Positions 49,143 through 58,478 of a stretch of 64,000 nucleotides of DNA are shown here, in pieces; position 1 is the stretch's first letter; each line of letters begins with the position of its first letter. The DNA lies in assembly GCA_963662275.1 (NCBI GenBank), contig OY759316.1:1632001-1696000 (forward strand). Reading direction: 5' to 3'. The translations under genes were made by a program, and so were the position numbers. Below the pieces are notes generated by a model. It did no database searches, was not told the origin of the DNA, and saw only the letters and a program-made list of their open reading frames with translations. Origin of the DNA: Candidatus Cloacimonadales bacterium. Its GTDB lineage: Bacteria > Cloacimonadota > Cloacimonadia > Cloacimonadales > DAONDQ01.

Positions 49143-49265
49143 CAGAGCATAGCCGTTTGAAAACAGAGTTCCGGTAGATGTCACCCCTAAAGGGGGTTGG
49201 GAATGGGGGTGTGTCGCATGTTTCCTGAGGTTTCGCTTCGCTCCACCACAGGCTATCGGATTTCG
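49143..49265 (+). repeat. Left part of the second ~205-bp repeat copy, interrupted by IS1182 (continues at 51158-51231)
   Basis: Aligns with 46978-47098. The remainder resumes after the IS. Confidence 0.88.
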
Positions 49266-51157
49266 GAGATGTCCCGAAACTAGCATGATTTTATTTTCTT
49301 CTGTTGTAAAATATGTGATTGTTTTTACAGGCAAACTAAATTACTCAATAGTTTCCGAAAAGCGATGCAAAGACAAGGAAAAACGGAGTAATATTTACCT
49401 AATTCATGTTTGAATTCTGGTAGGAAGAGTCTTCATCAGGCTTTTCCTTCAGTATTTTGTAAGTGCAGAAACATTTTCCCTATATTATGTCCTAAAAAGA
49501 GGAGGGATAACTGTTCCTTGCATTTTCTCAATGAACGGACAGTAAATCTCTCAAACTTCCTGTTCCACTTCATGAAAGCAAATACAGCCTCCGGTTCGAT
49601 GCCTCTTTGCTTTCTCAGCTTGTCGCCTTTTTCAGAAAGCAGATTATTGACGGTCTGACGTTTTAGTGGAGCTATATGAGGATCGTAGGTCAGTGATTTA
49701 TGTGTTTTATCCTTGTAGGGAATACACTTTTTATTGTGAGGACATTCTCTGCAGTCATTACATATATAGGTTTTCACGATTCGTTTCGGACCGTTCTTCT
49801 CTGTCTCTTCTTCCTTGATTTTGACCAGTCTCCGATTAAATTGACAGACCCACTCATCATGCTCCTCATCATAGCTGAAGCCTGTCAGAAGAGAGTCCCG
49901 ATAATCTCTCTTATAATCCTGGGTCTTGAGATAGCTTGTTATCTCTTTTTCAGCAGCATAATTCAAATTCAGCGCAGTGCCATAGGCAGCATCTCCAACA
50001 ACGTCGGTAGGATATTGTCCCAATTCATCATGCATTTGCTCCATGAGATTGGGAAATTCAACGGTTTCTTTAGGGATATTGAATAAGTGAATGCCTGTGA
50101 CAAATTGCTCTGAAGTTCCGATACTGGCAACATAACCCGGTGCCAGCTGTCCATTTTTCAATCGCATAAATGTGGCATCATTATCAGTCTTGGATGTGCT
50201 GCTGCGTCCTTCTCCAATTATCTCAAGCTGTTGCTCATATTTCTCCAGCTTAGTTATATCATTGCTCTTTGATTTGGAGATTTCGCGCAAAAGAGATTTG
50301 ATTTTCTTGATAGCCCGAGTATCTGACGGATGATTTTTCTGTAGTCGGGACATTGCTTCTTTCAGCTTGTTTTCTGCTGAGACCAGTCTATCTCTGATCT
50401 GTTCAGATGCGACTGTAGCAGTTTTCTCTGATTCAACCGCATGCAATTGCTCACCAAGCTCAAGAAGATCAGCGGTTCCATATTGCTGTTGCTCTTCCTG
50501 ATTATATTCCTCGATCTTTTTAAACAATCCCTCAACTCGTGTCTTGACCAGTTCCTGATAACGAAGCGCATTGCTTTTCCAGATGTAGGAATTCTTGCCG
50601 GCATTTGCGTGAATCGTCGTCCCGTCAACAAAACAGGTGTCGAGATCAAGATATCCTAATGATGATGCTTTCAGTACTACCTGATAAAATACATCAATAA
50701 GAATATCAGAACACTTAGTCCAGGCAAAGGTGTTGATCGTTCTGAAATCAGGTTCCTGTTCTCCTGCCAGCCAGATAAAATTGATGTTCTCCCGAACAGC
50801 CTTAGCTATCTTCCGACAGGTATAAATACCATTGATATAGGCGTATACAATGATCTTCAACATCATCTTGGGATGATAAGCAGGTGTACCTTCATCAGAG
50901 TATCTTGTATATAGCTCAGATAAGTCCAGTTGCTCAACGACATCGTTAACATAACGAACCATGTGCTGGGGAGGTATTCTCTCTTCAATATTAAGTCCAT
51001 AGAGTGTCCCCTGATTCGGATTGTGCTCTCTGAAATTCATAATTCTCTCTATGCTTAGTTTTTAAAGGCAACAATACACCCTATAACAATATGTCAAGAT
51101 ATATAACTAATTATTTAATAGTTGCTATTTTTCTATCATTTAGTTTCGGGACATCTC
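49266..51157 (-). mobile_element. IS1182-family insertion sequence (~1.89 kb)
   Basis: Perfect 17-bp terminal IR GAGATGTCCCGAAACTA / TAGTTTCGGGACATCTC, flanked by CG on both sides. Single transposase. Confidence 0.92.
49436..51040 (-). CDS. IS1182-family DDE transposase, apparently intact
   Basis: GTPAYHPKMMLK, PDFRTI, FVDGTTIHANA, TDNDATFM, GDAAYG, Zn-like CRECP and RGIEPEAVF motifs. Confidence 0.93.
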   Translation of the reverse strand: MNFREHNPNQGTLYGLNIEERIPPQHMVRYVNDVVEQLDLSELYTRYSDEGTPAYHPKMMLKIIVYAYINGIYTCRKIAKAVRENINFIWLAGEQEPDFRTINTFAWTKCSDILIDVFYQVVLKASSLGYLDLDTCFVDGTTIHANAGKNSYIWKSNALRYQELVKTRVEGLFKKIEEYNQEEQQQYGTADLLELGEQLHAVESEKTATVASEQIRDRLVSAENKLKEAMSRLQKNHPSDTRAIKKIKSLLREISKSKSNDITKLEKYEQQLEIIGEGRSSTSKTDNDATFMRLKNGQLAPGYVASIGTSEQFVTGIHLFNIPKETVEFPNLMEQMHDELGQYPTDVVGDAAYGTALNLNYAAEKEITSYLKTQDYKRDYRDSLLTGFSYDEEHDEWVCQFNRRLVKIKEEETEKNGPKRIVKTYICNDCRECPHNKKCIPYKDKTHKSLTYDPHIAPLKRQTVNNLLSEKGDKLRKQRGIEPEAVFAFMKWNRKFERFTVRSLRKCKEQLSLLFLGHNIGKMFLHLQNTEGKA

Positions 51158-51257
51158 CGCGAAGAATAGTGTCGGGTCTCGTTGCACCGGATTGAAATCC
51201 AGTGTTAATATGTTTCTTCCCTTTGGGAATTCGGAATATCTCACGCAACCCTAAAAC

Positions 51258-52616
51258 TCAGATAAACGAACCCAGTAATACAATAGCTAGTATTCCCATA
51301 ACAACAAAAGCGGTCCATAACCCCAACTTTGACATCCACCCGCTTTTATGAACACCCATAATATTTTCACGGCTGGAAACTCTTGCGATTAAATAAATAA
51401 GCGGGACGGCTGCAACGCCATTAAAGACAGCGGTAAAGACTAAAGCCTTAATAGGATCAAAACCGATGAAATTAAACATCAAACCAACCAAAGTACCGAT
51501 TATAATGATAAAATAGAAATTACGAGACTGTTTGAATTTATGATACAGTCCTTCTTTCCAACTCAAAGTTTCGGCTACCGCATAAGCAGATGAACCGGCA
51601 AGAACGGGAATGGCTTGAAGACCAATACCGATAATCCCGATAGAAAAGATTAACTTAGCCAAATAGCCGGCGTTAGGAAATGTGTTGACTAATGGCTCTA
51701 GCGCTTTAGCAGCATCTGCCGCCGTATTAATATTGGTTATGCCCGCACGATTGAGCACTACAGCTCCAACAATAATAATAAACCAAGCTGTTACATTAGA
51801 AAATAACATGCCTATAGCCGTATCAATTCGCAATCGCTTTAGATATGGTTTTGTCAGTTTAGGGATACCTCCTTTTTGTGGTAATCGCTTGTCGGCTATT
51901 TCATCCTCAACGACATTACTGGTTTGCCAAAAAAAAAGATAAGGTGAAATCGTTGTTCCAAAAATTGCGACAATAATGTAAATATATTCTTTTCTAAATT
52001 CAAAATGTGGAATAAGCGTTGCCTTAAGCGCTTCCGCCCATGGAACATTAATTAAAAAAGCGGTAATAAAATAGGCAAACAAAGCCATGGATAACCATTT
52101 AAGAAGATGAATATATTTACGATAAGGAATAAAAACCTCTAAGAGCATAATAAGTAAGGCTATCCCCACAGCCAAAACTGAATGGGAAACACCAGGAATA
52201 AGTAATTTAATGCTTGCCGCCATTGCCCCAATATCCGAACCGATATTTAAAGTATTGGCGCAAACAACCAGCAACACCACCGGGAAAAGTATTTTTTTAG
52301 AGTAATGATCACGAATTATTGCCGCCAATCCTTGACCCGTTACAGCGCCGATACGCATACAAGCTTCTTGAACTGCCGTCATTAAAGGATAGGTAAAAAG
52401 CATTGTCCATGGCAATTGCAAACCGAACTGTGCTCCGGCTTGAGAATAAGTGGCAATGCCGGATGGATCATCATCAGCAGCGCCAGTGATGATGCCCGGA
52501 CCTAAAATACGCAGAAATCGACTAATTCTTGTTGGACGCTGAGGTTTTGTTTTTTTAGTGCCTGAAAATTCGCTGGCTTCAGCCTCTTGAATTATTTCAT
52601 CAGGAAACTTAACCAT
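51258..52616 (-). CDS. Nramp-like divalent metal cation transporter
   Basis: GPGIITGAADDDPSGIATYSQAGA and GTTISPYLFFWQ motifs, about 11 TM segments. Confidence 0.88.
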   Translation of the reverse strand: MVKFPDEIIQEAEASEFSGTKKTKPQRPTRISRFLRILGPGIITGAADDDPSGIATYSQAGAQFGLQLPWTMLFTYPLMTAVQEACMRIGAVTGQGLAAIIRDHYSKKILFPVVLLVVCANTLNIGSDIGAMAASIKLLIPGVSHSVLAVGIALLIMLLEVFIPYRKYIHLLKWLSMALFAYFITAFLINVPWAEALKATLIPHFEFRKEYIYIIVAIFGTTISPYLFFWQTSNVVEDEIADKRLPQKGGIPKLTKPYLKRLRIDTAIGMLFSNVTAWFIIIVGAVVLNRAGITNINTAADAAKALEPLVNTFPNAGYLAKLIFSIGIIGIGLQAIPVLAGSSAYAVAETLSWKEGLYHKFKQSRNFYFIIIIGTLVGLMFNFIGFDPIKALVFTAVFNGVAAVPLIYLIARVSSRENIMGVHKSGWMSKLGLWTAFVVMGILAIVLLGSFI

Positions 52617-52752
52617 ATTAATTGCTGCTTCGCATATTATCGACCGTGGTTGATGAAAGAGCTTGTTCCAGTTTTCTGATTTTCTCTTTGAGTGCTTTAT
52701 TAATGTCTTTCTCGCCTTTCATTTCAATCCTTACACTTTTTCTGATTAACTG

Positions 52753-52926
52753 CCTAACACCTAGCACCTAACACCTAGCACCTAACACCTAACACCTAAC
52801 ACCTAGCACCTAACACCTAACACCTAGCACCTAACACCTAGCACCTAACACCTAGCACCTAACACCTAGCACCTAACACCTAGCACCTAGCACCTAGCAC
52901 CTAACACCTAACACCTAGCACCTAGC
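52753..52926. repeat. Heptamer tandem repeat, ~25 units of CCTARCA (reverse complement of the 19389 array)
   Basis: Mix of CCTAACA and CCTAGCA units, starting 10 bp downstream of the nadA stop. Confidence 0.97.
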
Positions 52927-52935
52927 CTCTTCTGC

Positions 52936-53841
52936 CTACCTATACTCCAGCATCCTGTTTATACTTTCCCGTGCTTTATCCATGATTGAAGGATCGACAT
53001 TTACTTCGAATTTCATGTCTTGTAACGACCAGAGTATTTTTTCCATAGTAGTCATCTTCATATTAAAACATATGGCAAATTCAGTTGCAGGATAATACTG
53101 CTTATTCGGATTAGCAAGTTTCATCCGGTGTATGACGCCAATTTCCGTGGCAATAATGAATTCCTGTTTATCGGATTCAATGGTATAATTCAGCATCCCT
53201 TCGGTCGAAAGCACGGCATCTGCCATTTTAATCACATCCGCACGGCATTCGGGATGCACCAGCACAACAGCCTTCGGGTGCAGTTTCTTCATTTCTTCGA
53301 TGTTATCAGGTAAGATTCGAGCATGAGTGGGGCAGAAACCATCACCGATGATCAATTTATGACCGGTCTTATATTGCACATAAGAAGCCAGGAAACGATC
53401 CGGGATAAAAATGATTTCATCTTCAGGTTTGAAGGCTTTTTCCACGATCTGTATAGCATTGGCTGAAGTACAGATAATATCACATTCTGCTTTCACTTCT
53501 GCGGAGGAATTTACATAACACAGTACCTTTGCCTTGGAATGTTGTTTTCTTAATTCACGTACTTTCCTGGGGGTGATCATATCTGCCATAGGGCAACCGG
53601 CTATTTTTTCAGGTAGTAGTACAATCTTTTTAGGGTTAAGAATTTTGGCTGTTTCCGCCATAAAGAGAACACCACAGAAGACGATCACATCAGCTTTGGT
53701 TTCAGCAGCTTGAATGCTTAAGCCTAAAGAGTCACCTACGAAATCAGCGATATCCTGTATCTCGGGACGCTGGTAATTATGTGCCAATATCACGGCATTT
53801 CGTTCTTGTTTAAGTTTCAGTATCTCAGCTACGATATCCAT
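52936..53841 (-). CDS. nadA: Quinolinate synthase
   Basis: ILAHNYQ, GDSL, CGVLFMAET, AGCPMA, YVNS, HPEC and CFNMK motifs. Confidence 0.97.
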   Translation of the reverse strand: MDIVAEILKLKQERNAVILAHNYQRPEIQDIADFVGDSLGLSIQAAETKADVIVFCGVLFMAETAKILNPKKIVLLPEKIAGCPMADMITPRKVRELRKQHSKAKVLCYVNSSAEVKAECDIICTSANAIQIVEKAFKPEDEIIFIPDRFLASYVQYKTGHKLIIGDGFCPTHARILPDNIEEMKKLHPKAVVLVHPECRADVIKMADAVLSTEGMLNYTIESDKQEFIIATEIGVIHRMKLANPNKQYYPATEFAICFNMKMTTMEKILWSLQDMKFEVNVDPSIMDKARESINRMLEYR

Positions 53842-54895
53842 GTTCTACCTCAGATATAACACCACCACCAATGACCATATCTTCCTGATAAAAAACAATC
53901 GCCTGCCCGGGTGTGATGGATTCCTGGGCTTCTTTGAAGATGATTTCAGCTAAATTGTCATATATTTCAATTTCGATAGCAGCAGACTGATGCTGATAGC
54001 GAATTTTTGCTGTTATGTTTAATGGAATTGAATCAACAAACAGATTCAAATCCTGGGCTTTCAATTTCCTGGAATTCAAGTATTTCTTTTCTCCTACAAT
54101 AATTCTTTTTTTTTCAGCATCAATTTCCAATACATAATAGGGGACAGGTGCATTCGCTCCCAAGCCCTTACGCTGACCTATTGTGTAAAAAGCAATTCCT
54201 TCATGCGTACCGATTTGTTTTCCATGAATATCCATGATAGGACCGGGCTGCATATTCATTTTCCTAGCTTTTACCAGTGCTCTGTAATCACCACTCGGAA
54301 TGAAACAAATATCCTGGCTTTCCTTTTTTTCTGCTACGTGTAAATGCATACTCTTGGCAATTTCACGGACTTCATTTTTACACAGTTCTCCTAAAGGGAA
54401 GAGAATAGAAGACAACATTTCCTTAGGTATCCTGTATAAAAAATAACTCTGGTCTTTTTTCATATCCACAGCACGATATAAAGACCACTTTTCTCCATCC
54501 TGGATAATCCTGGCATAATGACCGGTGGCAATAAAATCACATTCATACTCATGCGCCGTATTCCAGAGTAGATCGAACTTCAAATCCCGGTTACAAAGAA
54601 TACATGGATTAGGTGTTTTGCCTAGCCTATAGGATTCCAGGAATGGTTTGATGACTTTATTTTCAAATTCCTGGTAATAATCAACAACTAAATGGGGAAT
54701 ATCCAATTGTTCACAAACCCGGCGAGCATCTGCTATTCCTGCAGTACCGCAGCATTGACCTGTACCATCGCTGATCTCAGCCACCCCAAGATACATGGTA
54801 ACACCCACAACATCGTAACCTTGTTGTTTCAATAAAAAAGCTGTTACGGAGGAATCTACACCTCCGCTCATAGCAACGAGTACTTTATTTTTCAT
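53825..54895 (-). CDS. mnmA: tRNA-specific 2-thiouridylase
   Basis: AMSGGVDSS, NPCILCN, ATGHY, KDQSYFL, ESQDICF, TIGQRKGL and TPGQ motifs. Confidence 0.97.
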   Translation of the reverse strand: MKNKVLVAMSGGVDSSVTAFLLKQQGYDVVGVTMYLGVAEISDGTGQCCGTAGIADARRVCEQLDIPHLVVDYYQEFENKVIKPFLESYRLGKTPNPCILCNRDLKFDLLWNTAHEYECDFIATGHYARIIQDGEKWSLYRAVDMKKDQSYFLYRIPKEMLSSILFPLGELCKNEVREIAKSMHLHVAEKKESQDICFIPSGDYRALVKARKMNMQPGPIMDIHGKQIGTHEGIAFYTIGQRKGLGANAPVPYYVLEIDAEKKRIIVGEKKYLNSRKLKAQDLNLFVDSIPLNITAKIRYQHQSAAIEIEIYDNLAEIIFKEAQESITPGQAIVFYQEDMVIGGGVISEVEHGYRS

Positions 54896-55976
54896 CTTTC
54901 TTCTTATTCAGATAATGGGGGCTATCCCCGTGTTCATTGTAGCCAACTTCTTCACCAATTGATTTGACCCTGCATCCCATACACTCTTTACACTGTTCAC
55001 CCTGTTCATCCATACAAGGTTTGTTATTATACAGTTTATAATTAGCTCGGTATTTAGTCTCAGTAATATTTGGCATTACAATATTGGCACCGGCTTGCAG
55101 TCCTTGCTCACGTCCGAGTGGATGGAGTGCCTGGAGAGCTGTTGTTGAAGCGATATTGATATCTTTCAGCAGGATTCTTGCACAGGCAATCATTTTTAAG
55201 CCCAATTCCAGTTGTTGATCCTTGATGGAATCGAAGTCCTTAATCCAATCATACATGGGTGTGTCGCTATGAGGAATGTAAGGTCCCATGCCGATCATAT
55301 CGATGTCCATATGTTTAAAGAAAAGAAGATCATCAGCCAGATCAGCGGTTGTTTGTCCAGGCAGTCCGATCATCACGCCTGTACCGTTCTGATAGCCAAT
55401 ATTCTTGAGAGATTTAAGACATTCCAACCTTTGCTCATAATTGTGATCAGCAGGATGGTACTTTTTATATAATTCGGAATTGGAAGTTTCTATGCGTAAT
55501 AAATAACGTTTTGCTCCGGTATTGAACCATCTTTTATATGTCTCTGGGGTCTGTTCCCCAAGTGAAAGAGTAATTCCCAACTCACCTTTAGAGAGTTTAA
55601 CAATTCCTTTCAGGATATCGGTGATAAAGTCTGAATAGGCAATATCCTGGCGTTCTCCTGATTGCAGGACAATTGACCCATAAGCATTTTGATATGCCCA
55701 GGCTGCTCCGGCAAGTATTTCTTCCTTTGTCATTTGGTAACGGGCAATATTGGTAATATCACTTCTGATTCCACAATAATAGCAGTTTTTACTACAGATA
55801 TTACTAAGTTCAATGATACCTCTATAATACACACGGTTCCCAACATATTGAAGTTTGATTTCATAAGCTTTTTTATAGAGAAGTTGAACTTCCTTAGGGT
55901 CATTCAAAGATAATAATGCTATTAAATCTTCTTTTTGATATTCAGCTTGATTTAGCAAATCCTGTAATTTATTCAT
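54885..55976 (-). CDS. hydE: [FeFe]-hydrogenase maturase HydE-like radical SAM protein
   Basis: RGIIELSNICSKNCYYCGIR, VLQSGE, ITLSLGE, RYLLRIET, GMGPYIPH, GANIVMPN and YKLY motifs, plus a C-terminal Cys cluster. Confidence 0.85.
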   Translation of the reverse strand: MNKLQDLLNQAEYQKEDLIALLSLNDPKEVQLLYKKAYEIKLQYVGNRVYYRGIIELSNICSKNCYYCGIRSDITNIARYQMTKEEILAGAAWAYQNAYGSIVLQSGERQDIAYSDFITDILKGIVKLSKGELGITLSLGEQTPETYKRWFNTGAKRYLLRIETSNSELYKKYHPADHNYEQRLECLKSLKNIGYQNGTGVMIGLPGQTTADLADDLLFFKHMDIDMIGMGPYIPHSDTPMYDWIKDFDSIKDQQLELGLKMIACARILLKDINIASTTALQALHPLGREQGLQAGANIVMPNITETKYRANYKLYNNKPCMDEQGEQCKECMGCRVKSIGEEVGYNEHGDSPHYLNKKKDEK

Positions 55977-56071
55977 GTAATACCTACTTTATATTTCTTA
56001 CAAAAGGAAATGTTTAAAAAATCTGTCAACAAATAAGTTAGTTTTAAAATGGCTGATGTCAATTACAAATT

Positions 56072-56821
56072 TTAGAAAATTCCAATAAATGCAGAATTAG
56101 ATAAAACATTCGTCTTCTTTTTTAGAAATCGTAACACAAGATAGATAACCGTACCAATTGAAAAGAAAATAATCCAGGATAAGGATAAGGAAAAGATGTG
56201 GAGAACTAAGTAGTTTTGATAGATGACTAAGACTACAAAAGAAATAATCATGGCATAAAAACTGGATATTTCTTGCCTCAAAGCCTTTTTCCAACGGAAT
56301 TTCAAACTGGGTGATTGCCAACGAGACCAATACAGAGGTAGAAACGGAGGTGTTGTTTTTGAATATTCGAGGTATGCTTCACCAAATTTCTCTCGAAGAA
56401 AGGATTCCTCAGCAAACATGATTCGTTCATAATACAGCCAGTAGCCTAGACAGAAGATAATGTTGATCCACCACATGCGAGTAAATAACCCCAGTCCAAG
56501 CCACATGAGAAAGTTGGCAAAATAGAGCGGATGCCTGATCATCGAATAAGCACCTGTGACATTGATAGCATCAGCGACCTGTTTTTTGGTATTCCTACCC
56601 GATGTATTATCAGCAGAATGTCCGACCACATACATTCTAATTGCTTCACCAATGGCTGAGATAACAACACAGAAAAGGTTCCATTGCCAGGGATTTTGTA
56701 TCATAGTCTGTCTTCTAAAAAACATACATATCATAACTACTAATATCAGTACTACAGGTAAATAACTTCGCCATCTGAATAGCCAGTTACCTGTGTCTCT
56801 AAATTCTTCAATCATTGCCAT
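56072..56821 (-). CDS. ICMT-family membrane methyltransferase, similar to Leptospira lipid A phosphate methyltransferase LmtA
   Basis: MAMIEEF...GNWLFRWRSYLP, TSGRNT, GAYSMIRHPLY and YYERIMFAEE motifs. Confidence 0.75.
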   Translation of the reverse strand: MAMIEEFRDTGNWLFRWRSYLPVVLILVVMICMFFRRQTMIQNPWQWNLFCVVISAIGEAIRMYVVGHSADNTSGRNTKKQVADAINVTGAYSMIRHPLYFANFLMWLGLGLFTRMWWINIIFCLGYWLYYERIMFAEESFLREKFGEAYLEYSKTTPPFLPLYWSRWQSPSLKFRWKKALRQEISSFYAMIISFVVLVIYQNYLVLHIFSLSLSWIIFFSIGTVIYLVLRFLKKKTNVLSNSAFIGIF

Positions 56822-56971
56822 TGGCAAACTCCAAAACAATCTTTTGAGTAGTAAATTTGTCCATACTCTTTCCTTGTCCAGTGAAAACTACAATTTTTTC
56901 TTGCATTTTATTATCTGTCTCTGAGAAATGCTCAATTATAAATCAATCTCAGGTGATTTTATTGGAGTTGA

Positions 56972-58474
56972 ATGTCAAATTTAGTTAAGCAAGCTGGTTT
57001 GTTATCTGCAGCAGATATCAGCAGATTAGCCATCAAAGCCTTGATAGGTTTCATCCTGGCTCGCTTATTCTCACAAGCAGATTATGGCACATACAAGCAA
57101 ATTTATCTTGTTTATACTACTTTTTCGGCATTGCTGCTCTTAGGATTACCTCAAAGTATTCTCTATTTTTTACCTAAGATTCAAGATGAATATAAGCGGT
57201 CTCAGTTCATTCGACAATGCATGATTGTCTTTTCCGTTTTAGGAATAATGTTCAGTTTGGGGTTATTTTCGTTCCGACATTTGATCTCTGTTCTTTTTCA
57301 CAATCCCGTTTTGGAAGTTCTACTTGTATTATACTGCTTATATCCTATTTTTGCCTTTGTTTCATTCTTTTATAACTGTACAATGCTGGCTGTGCAAAAG
57401 CCACGATCTGTAGCTATATTTACGATATTCTCCATCATCGTCGAAGCGGCATGTGTCTTAGGAGTAGCATACTTTACCAGGAGCCTGTATTACACAACGA
57501 TTGGTATCTTGGCAGCAGCACTGATTCAGTACCTCTATGCGATGATTAGCTTGAGAAGTTATTCCATCAAGGACTTTCACTTTGACTTTGATTTACTACG
57601 GGAACAACTGCATTTCTCTTTACCAATAGGATTAGCTGCTATTGTCAGTTTAGTGGCGATTCAGATAGATAAAATCGTTATTTCCAGTTATTATTCACCG
57701 GAAATCTTTGCTGTATTTTCTGTCGGTGCGATGGAAGTACCTTTAATCGGTACAATTCTAAATGCTGTTAATTCTGTATTAATGCCGGAGTTATCAAAAC
57801 TGAATATCATCCATGATCGGGATCGTATTGAAGATATATTTCGTAGTTCAGTACGTAATAATTCTATGATGATCTTTCCCATGTTTGTCTTTTTCTTTAT
57901 TTTTGCCAAAGATTTTCTTATTATCCTGTATTCTGAAAGATATGTACACGCTGCTGTATTTTTTCGAATTTACCTGATGATTATGCCTTTAAGGATTGCT
58001 ATATACAATACACTTATCCAGATAGGAGCTAAGACCAAGTTTATATTTTACTCATCTGTTATCGCTTTTGTTCTTAATCTTGTACTGAATCTTGTCTTGG
58101 TGCATTTCGTTGGTCAAGTCGGTCCTGCCTGGTCTACTGTCATTGTCATCTATTTGAATATCTTTCTCTATATTTGTGTGTTTAAATATTCATTGCATTT
58201 TAGACTCAGACGTCTTTTCCCGATTCCGGATATTCTAAAAACAGCGATGACTGCTATCATTACCGGTGTATCAGTTCTTCCAGTTTTATTACTGCATTGG
58301 AACTCCTGGTTCCGTTTTATGCTTGCTGGTGTGCTGTATTTTGCCCTGTTCATCTTTTTAGGATGTGTGTTGAATGTGATCAAACCCTATGATAGAAATT
58401 TATTTATGAAAATAGTCAGCAGTGGATGGAAGCGGATACATGGAACTCCAGCAGCGGATAAAACTGTAGGTTGA
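56972..58474 (+). CDS. Polysaccharide flippase (Wzx/MOP family)
   Basis: About 12-14 TM helices, LARLFSQADYG, IDKIVIS. First gene of a glycosyltransferase operon. Confidence 0.88.
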   Translation: MSNLVKQAGLLSAADISRLAIKALIGFILARLFSQADYGTYKQIYLVYTTFSALLLLGLPQSILYFLPKIQDEYKRSQFIRQCMIVFSVLGIMFSLGLFSFRHLISVLFHNPVLEVLLVLYCLYPIFAFVSFFYNCTMLAVQKPRSVAIFTIFSIIVEAACVLGVAYFTRSLYYTTIGILAAALIQYLYAMISLRSYSIKDFHFDFDLLREQLHFSLPIGLAAIVSLVAIQIDKIVISSYYSPEIFAVFSVGAMEVPLIGTILNAVNSVLMPELSKLNIIHDRDRIEDIFRSSVRNNSMMIFPMFVFFFIFAKDFLIILYSERYVHAAVFFRIYLMIMPLRIAIYNTLIQIGAKTKFIFYSSVIAFVLNLVLNLVLVHFVGQVGPAWSTVIVIYLNIFLYICVFKYSLHFRLRRLFPIPDILKTAMTAIITGVSVLPVLLLHWNSWFRFMLAGVLYFALFIFLGCVLNVIKPYDRNLFMKIVSSGWKRIHGTPAADKTVG

Positions 58475-58478
58475 TCTG

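Noticed and set aside
44732..49265. Classical integron cassette array
   Set aside because: There is no IntI tyrosine recombinase, the repeats lack clear attC RYYYAAC/GTTRRRY ends, and the modules carry their own promoters.
52753..52926. Telomeric repeat or eukaryotic contamination (TTAGG-like)
   Set aside because: It is internal, flanked by bacterial genes, and related degenerate arrays occur elsewhere in the window.
54885..55976. Biotin synthase BioB or PylB
   Set aside because: The motif set (LSLGE, RYLLRIET, GANIVMPN, YxxY plus C-terminal Cys) fits HydE better, and there are no bio or pyl neighbours.
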